Assembly: GCA_964444295.1 (NCBI GenBank) | Contig: CAYUGO010000001.1 | Location: forward strand, 1-48,458 | Direction: 5' to 3' | Source of the DNA: an uncultured Gammaproteobacteria bacterium | Lineage (GTDB): Bacteria; Patescibacteriota; Microgenomatia; CAYXHB01 | Length of the DNA stretch: 48,458 bases | Shown here: positions 8,957 through 17,263 of the stretch, one piece after another | Layout: each line of letters begins with the position of its first letter | How positions within the stretch are numbered: position 1 is the first letter of the stretch | Program-made: the position numbers and the translations under genes | The notes under the pieces: model-generated | What the model saw: the letters and a program-made list of their open reading frames with translations, nothing else | Database searches by the model: none | Told to the model about the DNA's origin: nothing

Positions 8957-10192
8957 ATGATTCCAATAAGAAAATTAATCTCATCAATATTAATTTGCTT
9001 AATCGGACTGGTAGTATTTATGAATGCTGGGGATGAAGTTTTTGGTGTAGGGAATTTGCAAGCAGTCAAGGATACAATCGGAAGCTCTTCGCCAGGGGCA
9101 ACAAATATTGCCCATGAAGTGAAATTCCGGTTGCCAATTAATTCCCTGGCAATCACTAGCACTGACTACATTACCATTGATTTAGGTAATTTTTCTGATG
9201 TATCGGTGGCTACAAATATTACTGGAATTTATGGAGGCACGCCTGTCTTTAGTCTAGTCGGAAAGGAAGCGAAAATAACAGGCATTATTGTTGACCCTGG
9301 GGTTGAACTTACAGTTACGGGAATTACGGCAACGAATCCCGCATCTTTGGCTAATTTTGGAGTTACGATAATTATTTCTGAAGATATTAATGGATTAATC
9401 GTGAAAAATATTGGTACGGTGATTGCTTCTGGGAGTGATGGCTCGTTTAGCGTGACTGCTTCGATTGATCCGCCTGTGGCGTCACTTGTGATTTCAGGAT
9501 ACACATCTCCTGGGACTTTTGTGACATTTACCAATAATGGAGCTGTAATTGGCACCGATTCAGCTGGTCCCACTGGATTCTTCAGTCAGGTTTTTACAGG
9601 ACTGCAGCCCATGACTCACTCTCTGAGGATTTATGGTGTGGATCAGAGTTTACGAGCAACTGCGCCGATTTTTTTGGAAATATATACACCGATTTATCAA
9701 GAAACTACGATCAGCGATATTATTTTGCCCCCGACGATAGAGCTTGATAGTAATGTGGTGATACGAGGAGATGATTTGGTGGTTAGCGGGTCTGCTGTTC
9801 CCAACGGGGATATTAGTCTATTAACTGAGTCATATTTACGCAACTACTCAACTACTGTAGATGTTAATGGAAATTGGAATTATACAATTGCCAACACCAT
9901 TGACTATTTGCCTGGAGATTATCGTGCTTATGGGATTGTGCAATCTGGTTCATTACAAAGCCTTGCAGGAACCGCTTTAGGGTTTACAGTTACATCACAA
10001 GCGACGACACCAACTCCGGCAAATTGTAACATTGCTCAAGCAGATTTGAATTGCGATACTCATGTAAACTTATTTGATTTTAGTATTTTGATGTATTACT
10101 GGGGGACAACTCAACCAGCTGGAGATATCAATAATGATGGGGTGGTGAACTTATTTGATTTTAGTATCATGATGTACTACTGGGGGACATAG
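8957..10192 (+). CDS. Secreted Ig-like-repeat protein with a C-terminal dockerin module
   Basis: Signal/TM segment (ILICLIGLVVFMNA), beta-rich Ig-like modules, then two 22-aa segments, DLNCDTHVNLFDFSILMYYWGT and DINNDGVVNLFDFSIMMYYWGT. Both have the EF-hand-like D1-N3-D5-N9-D12 calcium-loop pattern typical of dockerins. Confidence 0.7.
   Translation: MIPIRKLISSILICLIGLVVFMNAGDEVFGVGNLQAVKDTIGSSSPGATNIAHEVKFRLPINSLAITSTDYITIDLGNFSDVSVATNITGIYGGTPVFSLVGKEAKITGIIVDPGVELTVTGITATNPASLANFGVTIIISEDINGLIVKNIGTVIASGSDGSFSVTASIDPPVASLVISGYTSPGTFVTFTNNGAVIGTDSAGPTGFFSQVFTGLQPMTHSLRIYGVDQSLRATAPIFLEIYTPIYQETTISDIILPPTIELDSNVVIRGDDLVVSGSAVPNGDISLLTESYLRNYSTTVDVNGNWNYTIANTIDYLPGDYRAYGIVQSGSLQSLAGTALGFTVTSQATTPTPANCNIAQADLNCDTHVNLFDFSILMYYWGTTQPAGDINNDGVVNLFDFSIMMYYWGT
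10043..10189 (+). repeat. Tandem duplicated dockerin segments (2 x 66 nt, separated by 15 nt)
   Basis: Segments at 10043-10108 and 10124-10189. Their last 42 nt (10067-10108 versus 10148-10189) are identical at 39 of 42 positions by direct comparison. Confidence 0.8.
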
Positions 10193-10249
10193 TAAGACCC
10201 AATTGCAGAAAGGGGCATTGATTTGGTACGCTTGAGAGTAGTTATAATT

Positions 10250-11980
10250 ATGGCAAGAACTAAACAGTCTTTAAGCACAAGTACTCGCAATGGAAGTAGT
10301 TTTTATCGGAAGCTATCTCCTGTTAAGAAACACGTCAACAATAGGAGGAAAACAGTGAGTAGAAACGATGAATACGATCATCTACTGGCAGATCTTAAAG
10401 ATGAATTAACTGAAAAATTTGAGGTGGAACTTCGAGAAAAATTAGCAGAGGCGACTGCCAAAATTAATAAGCAGAAATCAGAAGTTAAGTATAGGATGAA
10501 TGAAAAATATGACAGTGATGATGAGTATGAAACTGAAAATTCTCGACAGCACCGACATCCATCTTGGCCTTGGGAGCCAGTTGTCCACAGTCATCAGCAG
10601 GATAATTATAGAAAGGCAGTAAGTCGCGAAAATAATTACGAAGAGGAAGAACCACGAAATGATTGGCGTCAATTAACACAATATAGAAATGATCCGCCAG
10701 CTTATAAATATGAGGATGAAGAATACTCATCACCTAAACTTCGCCGACCCATTGACGTTAGACAACCCAAATATGAGAGGAGCGAAGGCAATCCACGTTA
10801 CGAGCATCATGCAATGCAAGAACATAGACAAAGCGGTCATGCTGAAAATTCTAAGCCAGCGAAGTTTGAGGCTGAGTTAGAAGCACTGAAAGATAAGGTT
10901 GGGTTCTTGGAAAAGGAGTTACTGGCTTCGTATCAAAGAGAAACTGGTCTAAAAACAAGCGTCGAAAAATTAGAACAAGAGGTGGTGAGCAGACAAGCCG
11001 GATTAAGACAACAATTAGATACATTGCGAAAAGATGTCGTACCAGCTACAGAGCCAGCCAAAGATGAAAATAAATTGACTTCTCTATCAATGCAATTGAC
11101 GCAGGTTATGCAGTCAATGAATACAATGATGGATGATGACCCAGATGGAAGTGTGAAAGATGTTCCTAAGGCTGTTATGCCTATTGCCGTTGATGAAGTA
11201 GCTGAAGAGGTTAGCAAGAAACAAGAAGATAAAAAAAAAGAAGTTAGCCCTAAACCTATAGAAAAAGTTAAAGAATCGGGTAAAAGTAAAAAGAAAAAAG
11301 TAATGTGGCTATTTGCTTCGCTGGTATTGGTAATTGGGGGAGTTGCAGCTGGAGCATTTTTCTTTTTAAATGGACAAACAACGGTTGATCCGGAGCTTAT
11401 CAAAAATTACTTGCCTGAGGGTCAGAGCCAATCTGAACAAGCTACTCCGACGAGTCAGGCAGAAGTCGCTCCTGAAATTGCTGATAGCGAAAATGGTTCG
11501 GTACAGGGAGCAGCAACCAGCACATCACCACCTGGTAATAATTTTGAACAATCTAATGCCGACGTGGCATATGGCGAGACACGCTGGGACACGCACAAAA
11601 ACCCCCAACTGGGGGTTCAGTTTGATTATCCGAGTAATTCGGCTAATGTGGTGAGAACTGATACGAGTGTCACGGTGCTGCGTAAGACAGGATATATATT
11701 TAAAATTCAGTATGTTAAAACTGCTTTGGATTTGAAGGATTACTGGAATCAAATTAAGGCTAGAAATTTGGTTTATAAATCAAGCGAAACTACTTTTCGT
11801 GATCTTCCTGCACTTTTTTTGGAGTTAGATGATCAATCAGATTATCCAGGGAATCGATATTTAGTTAAAAAAGATGATGTTATTTATGATATATGGTATG
11901 CGATTAATTCTAGTAATTTATCGGATGATGACGCCAAAAGAATTGACATTATTCTTAATTCTTTCAAATTTTTGGAATAA
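10250..11980 (+). CDS. Bitopic protein: long charged/coiled-coil cytoplasmic N-terminus, one TM helix, extracytoplasmic C-terminal domain
   Basis: ATG at 10250 (MARTKQ...); the ORF opens at 10223. About 370 aa are rich in E/K/R/Y with coiled-coil stretches (LEALKDKVGFLEKELL..., KLEQEVVSRQAGLRQQL). A K-rich patch precedes the TM helix MWLFASLVLVIGGVAAGAFFFL. The C-terminal domain carries NPQLGVQFDYPS. Confidence 0.6.
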   Translation: MARTKQSLSTSTRNGSSFYRKLSPVKKHVNNRRKTVSRNDEYDHLLADLKDELTEKFEVELREKLAEATAKINKQKSEVKYRMNEKYDSDDEYETENSRQHRHPSWPWEPVVHSHQQDNYRKAVSRENNYEEEEPRNDWRQLTQYRNDPPAYKYEDEEYSSPKLRRPIDVRQPKYERSEGNPRYEHHAMQEHRQSGHAENSKPAKFEAELEALKDKVGFLEKELLASYQRETGLKTSVEKLEQEVVSRQAGLRQQLDTLRKDVVPATEPAKDENKLTSLSMQLTQVMQSMNTMMDDDPDGSVKDVPKAVMPIAVDEVAEEVSKKQEDKKKEVSPKPIEKVKESGKSKKKKVMWLFASLVLVIGGVAAGAFFFLNGQTTVDPELIKNYLPEGQSQSEQATPTSQAEVAPEIADSENGSVQGAATSTSPPGNNFEQSNADVAYGETRWDTHKNPQLGVQFDYPSNSANVVRTDTSVTVLRKTGYIFKIQYVKTALDLKDYWNQIKARNLVYKSSETTFRDLPALFLELDDQSDYPGNRYLVKKDDVIYDIWYAINSSNLSDDDAKRIDIILNSFKFLE

Positions 11981-12022
11981 TAAGTTTGAGGATCATTTGT
12001 TGTAACATATAATGCAATTACT

Positions 12023-12544
12023 ATGAAGTTATTGAAATTGGGATTAGTTGGAGCAATTACGATTATTGTAATTGGAATTGTTTGGAAATATGGAACTAAA
12101 GGCAAAGTCTCGGGTGTATACACTGGACCACCAGGGACATATGAAATAGAAGTGCCCGAAAGAATTAGTTCGACTGATCCATTTGTAATCAAATTAAATG
12201 TTGATACCAAGGGTCAGAGTATAAATGCAGTTGGCTTGCACTTGAAGTTTGCTACCAATCGACTGCAAATACTTAATATGGATACAACCAAGTCTTTTTG
12301 TGAACTGTATCCAGAAAATAGATATGACAATCAAACAGGTGAGATCAAAATTTCATGCGGATTGCCATCACCGGGATTTAATGGTCAAGGAACACTAGCA
12401 GTAATAACCTTTGAACCACTGAGTGTAGGGACGACTGAGTTACAAGTACTTGAGGATAGTGCGATATTGCTAAATGACGGAAAAGCTACAAATATCTTGA
12501 AAGAATATCCTATTCGAGATGTTTTGATAGTGGGGAATCTTTAG
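12023..12544 (+). CDS. Membrane-anchored cohesin-like domain protein
   Basis: N-terminal TM helix (LGLVGAITIIVIGIVW). Then a roughly 140-aa beta domain, FVIKLNVDTKGQSINAVGLHLKF...GEIKISCGLP...GTLAVITFEPLSVGTTELQV, which resembles the cohesin pattern. Confidence 0.6.
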   Translation: MKLLKLGLVGAITIIVIGIVWKYGTKGKVSGVYTGPPGTYEIEVPERISSTDPFVIKLNVDTKGQSINAVGLHLKFATNRLQILNMDTTKSFCELYPENRYDNQTGEIKISCGLPSPGFNGQGTLAVITFEPLSVGTTELQVLEDSAILLNDGKATNILKEYPIRDVLIVGNL

Positions 12545-12587
12545 GGTGATAGTTGGCGATAATCAGGTCATTCGTGTAAAGTAAATT

Positions 12588-13814
12588 ATGTCTATGTCTC
12601 ATCGGATATATGTGGTTTTGCTAAGCGTGGTTGTTTTTTTGATGTCAAGCAAAAGCGCTTGGGCAGCACCATATTTTTATATTGATGGACCAGCGTCAAT
12701 CACGGTAGGGCAACCAGAGAATTATTATTTGCGCATTAATCCTGATGGAAATGAGCTGAATACTCTTCAGGCCGTATTTAACATTCCTAATGGTTATTTT
12801 TCAAACGCACGTATCGATATTACAGACACACGTTCGCCCACCCCCACTCCAATCTATTTAACTCCCCCACCAACTCCAACTCCCCAACTAGTTCACAGAT
12901 GTGATATTTATATCAAACCAAGTACTGTCCCAGATTCTAATGGAAATGTGATTGTTTCTTGTGGATTCACAACTCCGAATACTCCTGCAGAAGGAGCATT
13001 TGTAGCACGAATAGTATTATCTGCCGCAAATACAGGAAATATAAGCTTAAATTTCGATAATGCTCAGAGCCAATTTATTGGGGGGCGCGGCAATTCAGTA
13101 ACAGCAGGAGTTTCTATAAATAAGCCTATTACTATTGCTGGAGTCGGAGTTACTTTAACGCCGACACCGACTCCAACTCCAACTGGGACGATTATTCCAA
13201 CTCCAACCAATACACCTACCGCCTCACCGACACCGATAGCAGGGCCTACCACTGTAACGCCAACTACAGGAGCTAGCGGAGGTGACTCTTATGGACTTAA
13301 TGCTAGTGATGTAAATTTTGTGACTATCGCACCCTTCCCAACCCCTACGACTGGGGACAATGCTCCACTTGAGGTGGTTGAAGAAAATAACACTGTGCCC
13401 ACGCCGCCACCAATTACTCCAAGACCCCCTGCAACTCCTTTTCCGACTCCTAACCCAGACGGAAGCACACAAGACAGTGGTGAGGTTCTGGCGGTGCAGT
13501 CGATACGGGATCTTTTGATTCCTGGCAAATCAAGTGCTGATAAGAATGTTGTTTTATTTAATTTTATTTCACTAATAACGTTATTTAGCATTATTATTGT
13601 AATTATCTGGCGGATAATAATGCTAAAAAGAAGAAATAAACTTAAACAAAGACATATAGCTGATCTTATCAATGGTGAGCTAGCGACATTAGAAACCAAG
13701 TTAACAGTACTTGAGGAGAAAGATGGTGCCAAAAGTTTCCAGGATGAGTTTGAAAAAACTCTTGATAATATACAACAGGAATTAAATGTTGATGAAAAAA
13801 AGAAAACTGAGTAG
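12588..13814 (+). CDS. Cohesin-like domain protein with Pro/Thr linkers, a C-terminal TM helix and a cytoplasmic coiled-coil tail
   Basis: Signal peptide (VVFLMSSKSAWA). The domain is paralogous to the 12023..12544 product (LQAVFNIP..., RCDIY...VSCGFT..., ARIVLSAANTGNISLNF). PT-rich linkers follow, then TM helix FISLITLFSIIIVIIW and a KRRNKLKQR...coiled-coil tail. Confidence 0.6.
   Translation: MSMSHRIYVVLLSVVVFLMSSKSAWAAPYFYIDGPASITVGQPENYYLRINPDGNELNTLQAVFNIPNGYFSNARIDITDTRSPTPTPIYLTPPPTPTPQLVHRCDIYIKPSTVPDSNGNVIVSCGFTTPNTPAEGAFVARIVLSAANTGNISLNFDNAQSQFIGGRGNSVTAGVSINKPITIAGVGVTLTPTPTPTPTGTIIPTPTNTPTASPTPIAGPTTVTPTTGASGGDSYGLNASDVNFVTIAPFPTPTTGDNAPLEVVEENNTVPTPPPITPRPPATPFPTPNPDGSTQDSGEVLAVQSIRDLLIPGKSSADKNVVLFNFISLITLFSIIIVIIWRIIMLKRRNKLKQRHIADLINGELATLETKLTVLEEKDGAKSFQDEFEKTLDNIQQELNVDEKKKTE
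13152..13460 (+). repeat. Pro/Thr-rich low-complexity coding tract (linker)
   Basis: Encodes TLTPTPTPTPTGTIIPTPTNTPTASPTPIAGPTTVTPTTG...PTPTTG...TVPTPPPITPRPPATPFPTPNP. The DNA shows reiterated ACTCCA/ACACCG units. A shorter PT tract lies at about 12838-12890, inside the cohesin-like domain. Confidence 0.8.
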
Positions 13815-13852
13815 ATTGATATCTTGTATTACTTGGTACAATAGCTTTAGTT

Positions 13853-14968
13853 ATGGATAGAAGTTTTAGTAAAATTGGCTTGGGTTTTTTGACGATGTTA
13901 TTGATTACGTTAAATGGGTGTGCGAATAATGTGAATGAGCCAAAGGAACCCATTACTCAAGAATTAACTCAAGAAGAAAATGAGGTTAAAAGCATAGACA
14001 ATATTATTAAAGATTCTTCAGTGATCGCTGTACGCAGATCTGATCGTTTGTTGTTGGTTAATCCCGAGAATAAAGAGTTCGTGGATTTATATCACTTGCA
14101 AATTGATGAAGTGCCATTAAGTAATGAATTGTTTGATTTTAAAGTTAGTCCTAATCACAAATGGATAATATGGTATTCGTCGCGTAAAGGATTGTTGGCT
14201 TTAGATATTGAAAAGAAAGAAGTTGAGGTTATTGCAACTGTAACTGAATGGTTTAATAGAAATCCGTATTTTGAATTGGACGACGAAAATGATGTTGTTT
14301 ATTGGATAGATGATAATGGTGCGGTATTAAACGAATTGGAATTGGATACGAAAAATCTTAATCCAATTCCAATTCCGTATCCCTTTGGAAACATTTTTAA
14401 AGTATCGCCAGATAATGAGAGATTTCTGTACATTACAGGATTTAATAATGAAAATTCAGCACGACCGAGATTTATGTTTTCCGATAGAAAAGGTAATCTT
14501 GATTCAACTTTTGCCAGTCAAGTTGAGCTGTCGAGTAGATTCACGGTGGAATGGAGTCCAGACAATGAGGGGATTTTGACAATTTTTGATGATCAGGTTT
14601 GGTTTTATCCTTACAATAATCCCAGTATTCCAACGAGATTTGTCCAGTATGAAAGTGGAGTTGGGGCAAGAGATATAAGAAAGTTCGGGAATGAAATATT
14701 TGTACTGGATTCCGAAGGTTATTGGCATAGATATGATTATGTAAGCAAAAAGGAAACGGCTAGAATCCCTACCGATATTGCTAAAGAATTAAGGAAACCT
14801 GTTTTTTATCCATGGGCAGATCAAATGCTTTTGATAAGTGAAAACTCCCAGGATGAAGATAATAAATTCCAAAGACTATGGTTATCAAATTACAGAGGCC
14901 AGAAAAAAATGGTATTATCGCACTTTGGGGAGGCGCAGATAGCGACGTTTAATGAACAATTGGATTAA
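13853..14968 (+). CDS. Putative lipoprotein with PD40/TolB-like beta-propeller repeats
   Basis: Signal sequence ending in LITLNGC (lipobox-like, with a non-canonical Asn at -2). Repeated SPD/SPN motifs (VSPNHKWIIW, VSPDNERFLY, WSPDNEGIL). Confidence 0.55.
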   Translation: MDRSFSKIGLGFLTMLLITLNGCANNVNEPKEPITQELTQEENEVKSIDNIIKDSSVIAVRRSDRLLLVNPENKEFVDLYHLQIDEVPLSNELFDFKVSPNHKWIIWYSSRKGLLALDIEKKEVEVIATVTEWFNRNPYFELDDENDVVYWIDDNGAVLNELELDTKNLNPIPIPYPFGNIFKVSPDNERFLYITGFNNENSARPRFMFSDRKGNLDSTFASQVELSSRFTVEWSPDNEGILTIFDDQVWFYPYNNPSIPTRFVQYESGVGARDIRKFGNEIFVLDSEGYWHRYDYVSKKETARIPTDIAKELRKPVFYPWADQMLLISENSQDEDNKFQRLWLSNYRGQKKMVLSHFGEAQIATFNEQLD

Positions 14969-15007
14969 ACCAAGTCATAAAGAATTTTTTGAAGGGTAAT
15001 TTGTTGT

Positions 15008-17263
15008 TTAATTGGGTAAACTATTTAATTCCTGGAGTAATTCTTGTGCTGGTTTGTATTCGGAATTATATTTGAGGATGTAATTTAACTCTTGTTTGCT
15101 TTCATTAATGTAGCCTCCGCTTTGATACAGTTGGGCGAGTGTAAATCTGGCATCTGGAGATTGAGGGTTTCGAAAGACTGCCTTAAGAAGAGTTTGATAA
15201 GCTTGATTGAGAGCTTGTGAGTCTTGGTTGGTTTTGCTAGTTTCGAATTCTGCTTGGAACTGGGTCAAAATTTCTTGAGAAGTGGGGCTCGTGTTCCCCG
15301 GCTTGTAGCGCGGATCTCCACTATATTGGTCAACTTGATCTAGTAATTTGCGTGGTTGAGATACAAGTGAATTAAATTTGATGGCAGCTTCTTGGTGGAA
15401 ACGGCCGGCTTGAGGATAACCAAATTTGCTGTAAAGAAATCCTAATGTCATGTGTTTATAAGCAAAATAATCTTTGAGACCTGTTTGGAAATAGTTCTTA
15501 GAAGGGATACTTTGGGATAATAAATCATTAGATATTTTGTATAATTCTGGATCGTCGGTTAATGTGTCTGGAACAATAGTCGCAACTTGATATAGATAAC
15601 CTCGAGGAATTAAATAGAAAGGGTTAGCATCAAAGCCCATGTAATCTGAATAAAATCCATCAGGTTCCGTCAGATAAGTAACCCGATGAGATACATTCCA
15701 ACTTATTAGATCACTGGCAAAAAAAGGATTATATCCATAAGGATAACCTTGATATTGAGGATTTCTTGTTAGGAAATATTTAAGATAATAATTGTTCTTG
15801 ATAAGTACAGTAACGTCAGGGCGATAATTTTCGACGAGTTGCTCATAAAGTAAGCTATAGCAAGATATATCAGAAAAACATATAACAACTGAGTTTGGTA
15901 AAGCAGTGTCTAGCATGGTGTGTGCATAATCTCTAAGTATTGTATTATTACGCTGAATTGCCGTGTCTTTATTTGATTGCACTTGGTAAAAAATACTTAG
16001 AATTATTACTAAAGCTAAAATATTTGTTGATGAAATTCTATGCTTCTTGGAACTTTGTGAGAAAAGTTTGACCATGCTTACAACCCCTGAAACTGTAATT
16101 AATATAAAGCTGATATGTCCCAGCATATATTGCCGATGTGAGATTCCGACTCCCAGTCTGTACTCCAAGTTATCAGAACTATATTCGGGAACTCCCATAT
16201 AAGTTCCAAATAAAATGCCTGAAAATATAAAAAAACTTAGGATTGTAATATAAATTGATTTAGGGAGAACTTTCCAGCTAGCAATTGAACCAGTGATAGT
16301 TAGGGCAATAACTGGCCAGGTGAGTTGGTTGATTAGGAAGCCTAAATATGCCATTAGGCCACGAATATAGAAATCTATTGATTTAAGGTCTAGATAGGCA
16401 GCAACTTCTCTTTTCTGGTCTAAAATTACACCTGTATAGTCTCTCCGAGCAATCAAACGCCACCAACCATTAATAGTTTGCTCGAAAACCCATGACATAT
16501 CTGCTTGATTGCTATTGAGATAAAACAATAGAAGGTTAGGGATTAGCCAAGCTAAAAATGCAACTAAGATCGCCGGCAACAATTGTCTGGTGATAAGTTT
16601 TTTGGTATTAATTTTTGCTCTTAGCGACCAATAAATCATGATAAATGCAATGAACACACTAGGGTATAAGAGAATGAATGTATGAACTGTTGATAAACCA
16701 AGTCCTAGCAATCCCCAGATTAAAAACCATAACTTGGATGGTCCAAAATTGTTGGAATTAAGAACGCTTATTTGCCATTTGATGATTGTGAAAATGAGAA
16801 TCGAAGCAAATAAATTATTTAGAGCACCTACTTCAACAATGCCTCCATATAACCAAAAAATCGCAGAGAAAGTAAGTAGTAAACTAGTGGCGATTGCAAT
16901 TAGTTGTGATTTAATCGTTGCCTGGGGATTTATAAATTTAAGTATCTGGAGGCCACACATTGCCATGAAACCAACCGCAAAAGCGTGCGTAGTCATGGAA
17001 AGAATATGAGCGCGGAAAGCCATGCTAGTGCCAATTGGGAGCAATGTAAATAGCTTGGTGATTAAAACTACCAATGGGTATCCTGAGGGATGGGCGACAC
17101 CAAGAAGATATCCTACTGTAGCTATTTCATCCGAATCACCATACCCGATATTAGTTCTGGGGGCTGAATAATAATAAGTAGCAAACGAAATTAATACCAC
17201 AAATATAAGACCATAAAGAGGAATACGTTTAGGGTTGGAGAGAAAAGAAACAAGATTCCTCAT
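15008..17263 (-). CDS. DUF2723-family (TMEM260-like) GT-C membrane glycosyltransferase with a C-terminal TPR-like domain
   Basis: First-loop motif GYGDSDEIATVGYLLGVAHPSGYPL, at least 10 predicted TM helices, and a soluble C-terminal region with TPR-like repeats (ALNQAYQTLLKAV..., FTLAQLYQSGGY...). Its start overlaps the upstream paralog's stop by 4 nt (17260-17263). Confidence 0.7.
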   Translation of the reverse strand: MRNLVSFLSNPKRIPLYGLIFVVLISFATYYYSAPRTNIGYGDSDEIATVGYLLGVAHPSGYPLVVLITKLFTLLPIGTSMAFRAHILSMTTHAFAVGFMAMCGLQILKFINPQATIKSQLIAIATSLLLTFSAIFWLYGGIVEVGALNNLFASILIFTIIKWQISVLNSNNFGPSKLWFLIWGLLGLGLSTVHTFILLYPSVFIAFIMIYWSLRAKINTKKLITRQLLPAILVAFLAWLIPNLLLFYLNSNQADMSWVFEQTINGWWRLIARRDYTGVILDQKREVAAYLDLKSIDFYIRGLMAYLGFLINQLTWPVIALTITGSIASWKVLPKSIYITILSFFIFSGILFGTYMGVPEYSSDNLEYRLGVGISHRQYMLGHISFILITVSGVVSMVKLFSQSSKKHRISSTNILALVIILSIFYQVQSNKDTAIQRNNTILRDYAHTMLDTALPNSVVICFSDISCYSLLYEQLVENYRPDVTVLIKNNYYLKYFLTRNPQYQGYPYGYNPFFASDLISWNVSHRVTYLTEPDGFYSDYMGFDANPFYLIPRGYLYQVATIVPDTLTDDPELYKISNDLLSQSIPSKNYFQTGLKDYFAYKHMTLGFLYSKFGYPQAGRFHQEAAIKFNSLVSQPRKLLDQVDQYSGDPRYKPGNTSPTSQEILTQFQAEFETSKTNQDSQALNQAYQTLLKAVFRNPQSPDARFTLAQLYQSGGYINESKQELNYILKYNSEYKPAQELLQELNSLPN

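Noticed and set aside
10226-10249. A perfect TATAAT lies at 10243-10248, with TTGATT about 19 nt upstream, ahead of the coiled-coil protein gene.
   Set aside because: The spacer is too long. The -10 abuts the ATG at 10250 with a 1-nt gap, so transcription would start inside the coding sequence. The gene is more likely co-transcribed with the upstream gene.
14969-15007. I searched the convergent and operon-end gaps (14969-15007, 26215-26292, 35942-35964, 39548-39557, 22909-22970) for rho-independent terminators.
   Set aside because: No GC-rich stem followed by a T-run was found in any of them, so no terminator is reported.
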